Of a stretch of 19,665 nucleotides of DNA, positions 7,505-15,650 are shown one piece after another. A model generated the notes under the pieces. It searched no databases. It had not been told where the DNA came from and saw only the letters and a program-made list of their open reading frames with translations. Numbering within the stretch: the stretch's first letter is position 1; every line of letters begins with the position of its first letter. The position numbers and the translations under genes are program-made. Source of the DNA: an uncultured bacterium (GTDB lineage Bacteria > Patescibacteriota > Minisyncoccia > Moranbacterales > GWC2-37-73); assembly GCA_903866285.1 (NCBI GenBank), contig CAIPMZ010000063.1:1-19665 (forward strand), written 5' to 3'.

Positions 7505-8560
7505 TTAAAACTTCTTCACTTCCTTAATAAACTCTCTCAATAAATCTTTTTCGGCGACTTTTCTTAAAACCTCGCCTTTTTTAACAATCAGCCCAACGCC
7601 CTTGCCACCGACAATCGCCAAATCTGCTTCGCGTGCTTCGCCTGGTCCGTTGACGACGCAACCCATTACTGCCACGTGCATATCCTTATCAATCAGCGCT
7701 AATTGGCTTTCTACTTTTTTCGCCAAAGTAATTAAATCAATCTCAGTGCGACCGCAAGTTGGACAACTCGTCACCGTAATTCCTCTTTTGCGCAAGCCCA
7801 GGGCTTTACAAATCTCCCAAGCCACGCGAATCTCCTCAACTGGATCAGCGGTCAGCGAAACTCGCAAAGTATCACCAAGCCCATCGTAAAGTAAAATTCC
7901 TAAGCCGATTGAGGAAACTACCGTGCCTCTGAAAATCGTCCCCGCTTCTGTTACCCCGATATGCAGTGGATAATTAACCTTGGCCGCGAGTAAGCGATAC
8001 GCCTCAACCGTCCGCACTACGTCTGAAGCTTTTAGCGAAATAATAATATCTCGAAAATTATATTTTTCAAGAATTTTAATATGTCGCATCGCCGACTCAA
8101 CCATTGCCTGCGCGGTCACTTTCCCTTTATATTTTTTTAAAATATCTTTTTCCAATGAACCACCATTAACCCCGATTCTAATTGGAATTTTTCTTTTTTT
8201 AGCTTCCAGGACAACCATTTTAATTTTGTCCTCACTGCCAATATTGCCAGGATTAAGCCGGAGCTTATCAATTCCGCCTTGCATCGCAATCATGGCTAGC
8301 TCAGCTGAAAAATGAATATCCGCTACTAAGGGAACCGAAACGCGCTTTTTAATTTTAGCAATCGCTTTGGCTGCCACTAAATCTGGCACCGCTAAACGCA
8401 CCAATTCACAACCAGCCTGCTGAAGCTGTTTGATTTGGGCCACTGTCGCCTTGACGTCGCGCGTGTCAGTACTGCACATTGATTGTATCACAATTGGAGC
8501 ATTTCCTCCAAGATACAAGGAACCAATTTTAATTTTTCTAGTCTTTCTTCTTTTTAGCAT
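7505..8560 (-). CDS. ispG: 4-hydroxy-3-methylbut-2-enyl diphosphate synthase (MEP pathway)
   Basis: Typical GcpE sequence along the whole length, including Fe-S cysteines SCPTCGRT and GCVVNGPGEA. Confidence 0.95.
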   Translation of the reverse strand: MLKRRKTRKIKIGSLYLGGNAPIVIQSMCSTDTRDVKATVAQIKQLQQAGCELVRLAVPDLVAAKAIAKIKKRVSVPLVADIHFSAELAMIAMQGGIDKLRLNPGNIGSEDKIKMVVLEAKKRKIPIRIGVNGGSLEKDILKKYKGKVTAQAMVESAMRHIKILEKYNFRDIIISLKASDVVRTVEAYRLLAAKVNYPLHIGVTEAGTIFRGTVVSSIGLGILLYDGLGDTLRVSLTADPVEEIRVAWEICKALGLRKRGITVTSCPTCGRTEIDLITLAKKVESQLALIDKDMHVAVMGCVVNGPGEAREADLAIVGGKGVGLIVKKGEVLRKVAEKDLLREFIKEVKKF

Positions 8561-8585
8561 ATTTAACTAATGATAACTTTATTAA

Positions 8586-8624
8586 CCCCGTAAAACTCGC
8601 TTCTCTCGTCACGGGGCACGCTTT
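8586..8624. repeat. Right copy of the 39-bp perfect inverted repeat, followed by about 65 bp of CTTTATNA word repeats (8625-8690)
   Basis: Exact reverse complement of 5374-5412. Confidence 0.9.
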
Positions 8625-8690
8625 CCACTTTATGACTTTATAACTTTATTACTTTATGAACTTTATAACTTTATGAACATTATAACTTAC

Positions 8691-9761
8691 CTAGCTTTCC
8701 CGCTTCTCTAGATATTGAGCTAACTCGGTTAAGAAAGTTTTTAATGACTGATTTAGCTCGGACTTTTCAACTACGCGCTTTCCTTTTAAAAAATATGCTT
8801 GAGCCAGTTTTTGGGTGGTGGCTTTAGCGCCGGTTTTAATTAAAAGGTCCTTAAAAACTTGAATTTCTTTTTGACTTAAATTTCTCTTGCCTAAAATCTC
8901 GTTTAGCTTTTTTCTGTCTGCTGAACTAGCTTCATCTTTAGCAAAGACCACCATCAATGAAAGTTTTCCCTCTTCAATATCTGAAACCGTTGATTTCCCA
9001 ATTTTTGCTTTCTGACTAAAAATGCCCAGCAGATCATCCTGGAGTTGAAAAGCTACGCCCAGCGCCAAGCTATAAGCTTCAAAAAGCGGCTGCGTCTTCT
9101 TATCCGCCGTGCCAGCCAGGATTGCGCCTAATTGCAAAGGCATCTGAAAAGTATAGCGCGCTGTTTTATTCTCGTACATAGCCAGGACTGCTTGCTCACT
9201 AGCTCTTTTCGCTTTTTCAATCGCAATATCTTGGGCTTGTCCGGCGATAGTTAGCGCGACCATTTCTTGGAAGAAAGTCAACGCCGCCAACGTCCGACTA
9301 GCTTCAAAGCCCGCCTCCAAAATTATTCTGTTTGCCTGCGCAAAAAGTAGATCGCCAACAATCAACGCCACTGAATTGCCAAAATGTTCCGCTTCTAAAA
9401 TAGTTTCTTTACTACTTTCTTTTGCGGTAAAAAAGTTCTGCAAGGTTTTTTGACCATGCCTTAATTTTCCGCGATCAATCAGGTCGTCATGAATCAGGAA
9501 AAAAAGGTGCAGGAGCTCAATCGCTACTGCCACCTTAAGAATTTTTCGCTTTTCCATACCTCCAACCCCAAAGTAGGCTTGTTGCAATAAAATCCCGCGA
9601 ATTCTTTTCCCGCCAGCCAGCGCAATTTTTTTAGTTTGTAAAAGAGCGCTTTCAACCAGCGGACTTTCTTTTTTAGCCCTAACTATTAAGGTATCAAACT
9701 GATGCTCAAGCTCGCCATCAAGGACAGTTTTTGACCCGCGCAATATTTGCTGAAAATCCAT
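8691..9761 (-). CDS. trans-polyprenyl diphosphate synthase, probably short-chain (FPP/GGPP)
   Basis: First Asp-rich motif LFFLIHDDLID and second FQLQDDLLG. Phe-Phe at -5/-4 before the first motif. Confidence 0.85.
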   Translation of the reverse strand: MDFQQILRGSKTVLDGELEHQFDTLIVRAKKESPLVESALLQTKKIALAGGKRIRGILLQQAYFGVGGMEKRKILKVAVAIELLHLFFLIHDDLIDRGKLRHGQKTLQNFFTAKESSKETILEAEHFGNSVALIVGDLLFAQANRIILEAGFEASRTLAALTFFQEMVALTIAGQAQDIAIEKAKRASEQAVLAMYENKTARYTFQMPLQLGAILAGTADKKTQPLFEAYSLALGVAFQLQDDLLGIFSQKAKIGKSTVSDIEEGKLSLMVVFAKDEASSADRKKLNEILGKRNLSQKEIQVFKDLLIKTGAKATTQKLAQAYFLKGKRVVEKSELNQSLKTFLTELAQYLEKRES

Positions 9762-9849
9762 AATTTGAAGTTAATTTAGCTTAACTGGAGCTACCTTTTC
9801 AATTTTTCAATTGTATCATTATGGACAAAAAAGGCAAGACAGAGAGGGG

Positions 9850-9877
9850 TTGACAAAAATTTAGAAAGAGTTATAAT
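9850..9877 (+). promoter_or_regulatory. Near-consensus sigma70 promoter TTGACA-16 nt-TATAAT
   Basis: TTGACA at 9850-9855 and TATAAT at 9872-9877, about 60 nt upstream of the plus-strand ORF. Confidence 0.65.
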
Positions 9878-9935
9878 AGCTGTTATTGTAAATAGGCGGG
9901 GTACTTTTAAAAACAGCATAAACGGGGGAGAAAAA

Positions 9936-10382
9936 ATGCACAGATTAGCAAAAGGAAAAACACCAGAAACCAGATGCAATTCCAAGTTTGCCACAACTAA
10001 GTTACAGGCATTACTGCTGGCACACTCTTTTACGCGTCAGGAAACTACTTACAAAATTATCAAGCATCCTCACGGAGGAATTACCATTGAAATGCCTACT
10101 CCCTTGAAGCTTCTAATCGAGAAAATGACAGACCCGTATAACAAGGATTTAGTAAATTTCACCCAAGGAGTTGACGACAAGGACAACTGGACCCTTCTCA
10201 TTAATTTCAATGATCCAGATTCAGAACAAGTAAATCCTGAAGAAAAGATTTGGAGTTGCCTTCTTTGTAGGCTTGCCATTAATTTAGAGAAGGGGTTACC
10301 CAAGAAGAAAAGGACCAAAAAAGTAGCAAAGAAAGTCAACTCCCCAAAAGTAATCTCCCATCGCTGTAAGCAGGTGTCTTAG
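9936..10382 (+). CDS. Hypothetical protein with Lys-rich C-terminal tail, the only plus-strand gene in the window
   Basis: ATG preceded by SD GGGGGAG (9924-9930), with its own promoter and terminator. No recognisable domain; tail KKKRTKKVAKKV. Confidence 0.65.
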   Translation: MHRLAKGKTPETRCNSKFATTKLQALLLAHSFTRQETTYKIIKHPHGGITIEMPTPLKLLIEKMTDPYNKDLVNFTQGVDDKDNWTLLINFNDPDSEQVNPEEKIWSCLLCRLAINLEKGLPKKKRTKKVAKKVNSPKVISHRCKQVS

Positions 10383-10407
10383 CTAAGACGTCGGCAACAG
10401 CCAATAA

Positions 10408-10437
10408 AGCCAATCTTTCCGAGATTGGCTTTTTTAT
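10408..10437 (+). terminator. Rho-independent terminator
   Basis: AGCCAATCT-TTCCG-AGATTGGCT followed by TTTTTTATTT. Confidence 0.8.
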
Positions 10438-10450
10438 TTGATAAAATTAA

Positions 10451-10531
10451 TCCGATTCTCTCTTATCGCTAGACAAACAAAAATCTCCGCTTTGAGCGGA
10501 GATTTTTTATTTGTAGCGCTAAGGAGAATCG
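10451..10531. repeat. 81-bp palindromic repeat, copy 1
   Basis: Identical to 10607-10687. Outer arms CGATTCTCTCTTATCGCTA / TAGCGCTAAGGAGAATCG enclose a bidirectional terminator hairpin ATCTCCGC-TTTGA-GCGGAGAT with A/T runs. Confidence 0.9.
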
Positions 10532-10606
10532 CTTCTTCGCTCCGACTTGAAGCTGGGGCGCTACACACAGGATGCCTCGCACTTGCTCGCATCCTACTCG
10601 CGCCCG

Positions 10607-10687
10607 TCCGATTCTCTCTTATCGCTAGACAAACAAAAATCTCCGCTTTGAGCGGAGATTTTTTATTTGTAGCGCTAAGGAGAATCG
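10607..10687. repeat. 81-bp palindromic repeat, copy 2, overlapping the 3' 18 nt of tRNA-Glu
   Basis: Perfect direct repeat of 10451-10531 with a 156-bp period. Its right arm is the tRNA T-loop/acceptor 3' strand. Confidence 0.9.
10634..10665 (-). terminator. Intrinsic (bidirectional) terminator just 3' of tRNA-Glu, duplicated at about 10478-10509
   Basis: 8-bp GC-containing stem, 5-nt loop, T-run after the stem on both strands. Confidence 0.7.
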
Positions 10688-10741
10688 GACTCCTGTTACC
10701 AGGATGAGAACCTGGCGTCCTAGCCACTAGACGATAGCGCC
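10670..10741 (-). tRNA. tRNA-Glu (anticodon CUC), CCA not encoded
   Basis: Hand-folded: GGCGCTA TC GTCT AGTGGCT AGGAC G CCAGG TTCTCAT CCTGG TAAC AGGAG TCCGATT CTCCT TAGCGCT A. D-arm and variable region closely resemble the E. coli tRNA-Glu layout. Has a G1-U72 pair and an unusual C at position 55. Confidence 0.8.
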
Positions 10742-10865
10742 CTAAAATAAAATTTTCAATTCACAATTTTCAATTTTCAAACTTTTGTAAAATACCTAGT
10801 TAAAATAAAAACCATAACGCTAGGTAGTCTAGCATCAAAAAATAAAAGAATCAAGCTAAATTACT

Positions 10866-12161
10866 TTAAGGTTTTACGTAAGGAGTTTTCCGCCACTGCC
10901 GAGTTTGGCGACAAAGTAAGTTTTTTGCTTGGTTAGGCTCGGCCAAGAGACCTTCAACAATTTTCTCCATCCGCATCCCTTGGGAGCCTTTGACTAGAAT
11001 AAAATCACCTTCCTTGACTAGTTCAGCCAGCGCAGCTACGGCAGCGCCGTGATCTTTAAAATCCATAATCTGGCTAGCAGGAAAACCCTGGGCGATTAAC
11101 TCCCGGACTGCATCGTGCATACGGTCACCCATCACAATTACTAAATCAAGTTTCAACTCGGCAATCCGCCTGCCAACTTCCCGATGCCCCATCTCGCTCT
11201 GCGTACCTAACTCCAGCATATCACCTAAGACTGCAATTTTCCGCTTGGCCTGAAGCTGCCCCAAGGTAGCTAAAGCCGCTAAAGTCGAGACTGGCGAAGC
11301 GTTATAAGTATCATCCAGAATGAAGCTTCCATTTAATCCCGCCAAAAGGTTCAAGCGTCCAATTGGGGGCTTCAGCTCTTCCAAGGCTTGGGCGATTTCA
11401 ACCAAATTTATTTTAAAAACAATACCCGTGGCTACGGCAGCCAAAGCTGCGTAAACATAATGCTCGCCCAAGATATGTTTTAAACGAATTGGAATATTTT
11501 TTCCGGCGTAATTTAATTTAAAACTAAGTCCGTCGGGCCGACCGCCCTCGTAATTATAGATAATATGCGAAGCGTTTATTTCTAATTTTGGATTTAAGCC
11601 AAATTTTAAAACCCGCGCTTTTGCGGTACTGCCCATTTGCGATGCTAACTCATCATCCCCATTTAGTAAAGCCACCTTAGAACTAGCCAGCGCCTTAATT
11701 AAGGTACCTTTTTCTTTCGCAATTTTCTCAAGCGTCGCAAAAAATTCCAGATGACTGGCTGAAACATTAGTCACGATTCCAATAGCAGGCTGGATAAAGG
11801 ACATAAAGTGAGCCATGTCCCCCGGACGGTCAACGCCTAATTCCAAGACCAGCACTTTTGGATAACCTGGCAGGATTAAAGTAAAAACCCATTTAATCAA
11901 AACCCAAAGCCATCTAAAAATATTTCTGCCGCCACTCTCCGCTCCAATAATAGTCAGCGGAATGCCGATTTCATTATTATAATTTTTTTGATTTTCTCGC
12001 ACTGAAAACTTTGAGGCTAGCACACGAGAAATAGCAGTCTTGGCTGAAGTTTTTCCAACCGAACCAGTCACGGCCACAATCTGCGGCTGATGGCGCCTTA
12101 AAACAACCGTTGCCATCCAGCGTAATAAATTTTCCAGTAATAAGATTTTTTTAGGTTTCAT
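10866..12161 (-). CDS. murF: UDP-N-acetylmuramoyl-tripeptide--D-alanyl-D-alanine ligase
   Basis: Mur ligase P-loop VTGSVGKTS, DDTYNASP, and MurF-like length and architecture. Confidence 0.88.
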   Translation of the reverse strand: MKPKKILLLENLLRWMATVVLRRHQPQIVAVTGSVGKTSAKTAISRVLASKFSVRENQKNYNNEIGIPLTIIGAESGGRNIFRWLWVLIKWVFTLILPGYPKVLVLELGVDRPGDMAHFMSFIQPAIGIVTNVSASHLEFFATLEKIAKEKGTLIKALASSKVALLNGDDELASQMGSTAKARVLKFGLNPKLEINASHIIYNYEGGRPDGLSFKLNYAGKNIPIRLKHILGEHYVYAALAAVATGIVFKINLVEIAQALEELKPPIGRLNLLAGLNGSFILDDTYNASPVSTLAALATLGQLQAKRKIAVLGDMLELGTQSEMGHREVGRRIAELKLDLVIVMGDRMHDAVRELIAQGFPASQIMDFKDHGAAVAALAELVKEGDFILVKGSQGMRMEKIVEGLLAEPNQAKNLLCRQTRQWRKTPYVKP

Positions 12162-12206
12162 AATTTTAACTATTTGATAATTTTTTGAGAGTGAGGATTT
12201 TATTGA

Positions 12207-13205
12207 TTATATTTGTTTGTATTTCTTCAAATCATTTTCCAGCTCCCTTAGGCTTTCAAATTTTTCAAGTTTTCCTTGCTTAGCTTTAAATTTCTCAAAT
12301 TCTTTTTCAGCTTTTTGCACCGCAAGGTCGTGAGATATTTTTCCGTAACCGACAAGAATTTCCTTTTTATTCATTTGGAGAATTAAATCAAGTCTTTGAA
12401 TCCAGTCAGCCATTTTCATCGGAATTTGATTTTGTGCCATACTCTCAGCAAAAGCAAGGTATTGTTCAACAATAAGTCCTAGCGTTTTTATTTCATTTTC
12501 ATCAAGATAATTTTTGGCAATGCTTACATCCTGTTTCTTGAGCTGCTTTTCTTTTTTTTTATCGCAAGATTGCATACCTAAAAATGATTTTCGGCTATTC
12601 GTTCGGCTATGCACCAACTCTGCAGCTGTTTGCTGGCTTATCGCCCAAAGAAGCTTGTTTTGTACGGTTTGAAAAAATAAAATCGTAGTTTCAATTTGAG
12701 GGTCATAATCAAGAGAGGTGGTATAAATATCTTTGATTTTTTGATAAAAAATTCGTTCTGAAAGTCTGATTTCCCTAAGCCTGACTTGCAGCTTATCAAA
12801 ATATTCCGTTGTTCTGCCTGATTTTAATTTTTCTTCATTAAGTGAAAATCCCTGCAAGAGATATTCTTTGAGTCTTTGGGTTGCCCAAGTGCGAAATTGG
12901 GTGCCACGCAGCGAGTTAACACGATATCCGATAGAGATAACAGCTTCAAGATTATAGTGCTTTACGGTGTAATTTTTTCCGTCACTGGCAGTTACCGAGA
13001 AATCCTCGGTAACTGCTTTTTCGCTCAATTCAGCCACTTTGAAGATATTTTTGAGATGCAGTCCGATATTATCAGCGCTACAATCAAAAAGCTGCGCCAT
13101 GGATTTCTGTGAAAGCCAAATACTCTCATCTTTCATGAGCGTATCAACGGCAATTTTTCCATCTTCTGTTTTATAGATAATAATTTTTACTTCCTCATTT
13201 GGCAT
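12207..13205 (-). CDS. RhuM-family protein (virulence protein RhuM-like)
   Basis: Characteristic N-terminal region (IWLSQKSMAQLFDCSADNIGLHLKNIF ... YNLEAVISIGYRVNSLRGTQFRTWATQRLKEYL), with a helical C-terminal half. Confidence 0.75.
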   Translation of the reverse strand: MPNEEVKIIIYKTEDGKIAVDTLMKDESIWLSQKSMAQLFDCSADNIGLHLKNIFKVAELSEKAVTEDFSVTASDGKNYTVKHYNLEAVISIGYRVNSLRGTQFRTWATQRLKEYLLQGFSLNEEKLKSGRTTEYFDKLQVRLREIRLSERIFYQKIKDIYTTSLDYDPQIETTILFFQTVQNKLLWAISQQTAAELVHSRTNSRKSFLGMQSCDKKKEKQLKKQDVSIAKNYLDENEIKTLGLIVEQYLAFAESMAQNQIPMKMADWIQRLDLILQMNKKEILVGYGKISHDLAVQKAEKEFEKFKAKQGKLEKFESLRELENDLKKYKQI

Positions 13206-13256
13206 ATTTTTTTCAATTATTCCTAGCCAGTATTTCCCATTAATTCAAGTTTTAAC

Positions 13257-15191
13257 TTAGTCTCCTGACGTAATTATTTTTACATTGCCGATTTTTAACT
13301 GGGCCTTGTCTATTTTCTTAGCTTCGACTGGAGCCGGCCCAACGGTTGCCGTTGGCACAATCGCTAGCGGGTCAATGCCATTTTTATAGGTATTATACAT
13401 CGGGCTAGTGGTTGGATCCTCAGTTGGCTTAACCTTATAGTATTCAAGCAGAAATTTCATCACCTGTCCAAAGGTCGGCGCGGCCGAAGATTCAGCCCAT
13501 TCTACCCCTCTTGGATTAACAATTTTAACTAAGACTACAAACTGCGGAGCATTAATTGGGGCATACCCCCCAAAAGAGCCAATATTAGTACCCTCAGCAT
13601 AACCTTTTGCGCCAACTTTCGCAATTTGAGCCGTTCCCGTTTTTCCGCCGACTAAATAACCTGGCACGTCTGCTCGCTTGCCATGGCCATTGATAACCAC
13701 ACTCCTGAGCATCTCGCCCATTTGACTAGCTGTCTTTTCGGAAACAACCTGGCGAACCTCTTGAGGCTCAACTTGCTGAACTTTACCATCTGAATATTTA
13801 AAACTTTCAACAAGCTGCGGTTTCATCAACACTCCACCGTTAGCCAAGGCGCCATAGGCAGTTGCCAATTGAAGAGGCGTAACTGAAATTCCCTGACCAA
13901 AGGCTGCGGTAAAAAAATTAATCGTTACTTTAGGATTATTTAAATTTAAGACGTTTCCACTTAATTCCCCTGGCAATTCGATTCCGGTCTTCTGACCAAA
14001 GCCAAACCTTTTGACGTAATCAGCAAAAAGTTTATTCCCAACTAATTTTTCAATGTAAATCACGCCGGTATTTAGAGATTTTTCCAGCACCTGCGTCATT
14101 GTCTGGACGCCATTGGCTTTTAAATCTGAATTGCGAATCGAATAGCCCGCCTCATTCACAACGCCCGTATCGACGTAGGTTGAGGTTGGGGTAATTTTTT
14201 CGCTATCTAGTCCAATTGCTTCGGTAAACGCTTTAAAAACTGAACCCGATTCATATTGTTCACTAATAGCAGGATTGCTAAAAGTTGAAATATCTTCGGT
14301 TTTTGAAAATTCATTAGGATTAAAACTCGGTTGATTCGCCATCGCTAAAATTTTTCCAGTTTTAACCTCCATCACTAAGACCGTTCCGCTGTCAGCGCTA
14401 AATTTTTCCATCGCGCGCTTTAGAATTTTCTCAACTTCAAACTGCACGGTATGATTAATCGTCAAAACTAAATCCACTCCATTTTGGGCAGGATTAATAG
14501 CTCGATCAGAAATTGAAATCCAGCGACCCCGAGAATCACCTTCCTGCGTTAACTTCCCGGCTGCTCCTTTTAATTCCTTTTCCCAAAAAGCTTCCAAGCC
14601 GTACATCCCTTTTTGCTGCTCACCATTAGAGCCAACAAAACCAACTAACTGCGAAGCTAATTCTCCACCAGGATAATACCTAAAACTTTCCGGAGTCAAA
14701 TAAACTCCAGCCAATTTGGCCTCTTTAATTTTAGAAACTTCTTCCTCCGAGAGCTTATGTTTAAGCACTTCAAACATACTCTGCTGGTCGCTTAACTTTT
14801 CTTTTAAACGATTTTGCTCTAAACCTAGACTTGTCGCAAGTGCTTCAACGGTCGCCGCTAAATCTTTTAGCTCGCTCGGGACGGCGTAAGCCATTTGGAG
14901 TTGCCGATTAACTGCCAAGGGATAAGTATCATTTTCATCTTGCAAAAAAATTTCTCCCCGGTTGGCAATGATTGCCGTGGTACTATCATGTTGATTTTCC
15001 GCTAAGGCCACGTAATTTTGATGCCTTAAAACCTGCAGGACATAAAGTTTTCCAATAATACTCAGCCCGATAAACAAGATGAAAAAAGCCAGTCCGTGCA
15101 ATCTCCATTTTTTTTCAGAAGCTGGCTTTTCCTTTCGGCTTGGTTTTATCGGTCTTAGTTGTTTCATAGCTAACAATTTAAGCGTAAACAC
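13257..15191 (-). CDS. ftsI: Class B penicillin-binding protein / peptidoglycan D,D-transpeptidase (FtsI-like)
   Basis: N-terminal TM anchor and motifs SVFK (SxxK), SLN (SxN), KTGTA. The track start at 15191 is GTG; an alternative ATG is at 15167. Confidence 0.88.
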   Translation of the reverse strand: MFTLKLLAMKQLRPIKPSRKEKPASEKKWRLHGLAFFILFIGLSIIGKLYVLQVLRHQNYVALAENQHDSTTAIIANRGEIFLQDENDTYPLAVNRQLQMAYAVPSELKDLAATVEALATSLGLEQNRLKEKLSDQQSMFEVLKHKLSEEEVSKIKEAKLAGVYLTPESFRYYPGGELASQLVGFVGSNGEQQKGMYGLEAFWEKELKGAAGKLTQEGDSRGRWISISDRAINPAQNGVDLVLTINHTVQFEVEKILKRAMEKFSADSGTVLVMEVKTGKILAMANQPSFNPNEFSKTEDISTFSNPAISEQYESGSVFKAFTEAIGLDSEKITPTSTYVDTGVVNEAGYSIRNSDLKANGVQTMTQVLEKSLNTGVIYIEKLVGNKLFADYVKRFGFGQKTGIELPGELSGNVLNLNNPKVTINFFTAAFGQGISVTPLQLATAYGALANGGVLMKPQLVESFKYSDGKVQQVEPQEVRQVVSEKTASQMGEMLRSVVINGHGKRADVPGYLVGGKTGTAQIAKVGAKGYAEGTNIGSFGGYAPINAPQFVVLVKIVNPRGVEWAESSAAPTFGQVMKFLLEYYKVKPTEDPTTSPMYNTYKNGIDPLAIVPTATVGPAPVEAKKIDKAQLKIGNVKIITSGD

Positions 15192-15207
15192 GCAAGTTTC
15201 AATAATT

Positions 15208-15609
15208 TCAATTTTTCAGTTTTACGTGATTTGTTGCGTAAGCAACGGCCGGACTTTCTTCAAGGTAAATAACGTTTTGAGCAGAAACCATATTGAGATC
15301 CTTCGATAATTCCTCGATACGATAAAGCGACTTAACTTGGGCCTGACGAATTCGCAAGGATTCATTCTCGGCTTTCTCCTTAGCAATTTCCTTTTCTACT
15401 CGGCCAATAGCAATCCCCTTTGTGGCCGTTTGGTTAATGCAATAAACGTAAAAGACGCCCGAGAAGACGGCGCATATCAGGACAACGAAGACAGGATTAA
15501 TAAACCCAGCCGTACTCTGACTTAATTGGATCGTTGGCTTTATTTTTCTTTTTATGTTTGGCTGCCAGCTAGAAGCTCTGCTCCTAATGACAACGGTTCG
15601 CTTAGTCAT
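15208..15609 (-). CDS. ftsL: FtsL-like single-pass cell-division protein
   Basis: Position between rsmH and ftsI. One TM helix (FVVLICAVFSGVFYVYCI) followed by a short coiled-coil-like segment. Assignment is by synteny and topology only. Confidence 0.55.
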   Translation of the reverse strand: MTKRTVVIRSRASSWQPNIKRKIKPTIQLSQSTAGFINPVFVVLICAVFSGVFYVYCINQTATKGIAIGRVEKEIAKEKAENESLRIRQAQVKSLYRIEELSKDLNMVSAQNVIYLEESPAVAYATNHVKLKN

Positions 15610-15650
15610 TTCTCGTGGTTCCCCCCAGAGAAATAAAAAATTATAACTTC

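Noticed and set aside
5374-8624. Composite transposon bounded by the 39-bp inverted repeats
   Set aside because: The enclosed genes are core envelope and isoprenoid functions with no transposase or recombinase. Kept only as a repeat/inversion-substrate observation.
9791-9994. 67-aa minus-strand ORF spanning the divergent promoter region
   Set aside because: Overlaps the consensus promoter, RBS and start of the better-supported plus-strand gene. Hydrophobic, low-complexity translation.
10451-10687. Possible mini CRISPR array (two identical 81-bp repeats with a 75-bp spacer)
   Set aside because: Only two copies. The units are far longer than CRISPR repeats, contain a terminator and a tRNA 3' end, and there are no cas genes other than a stand-alone Cas4-like nuclease 9 kb away.
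10434-10727. ORFs 10434-10727 (-) and 10438-10707 (+)
   Set aside because: They run straight through the tRNA gene, two terminator hairpins and the perfect 81-bp repeats. Their internally repeated peptides are an artefact of the DNA repeat.
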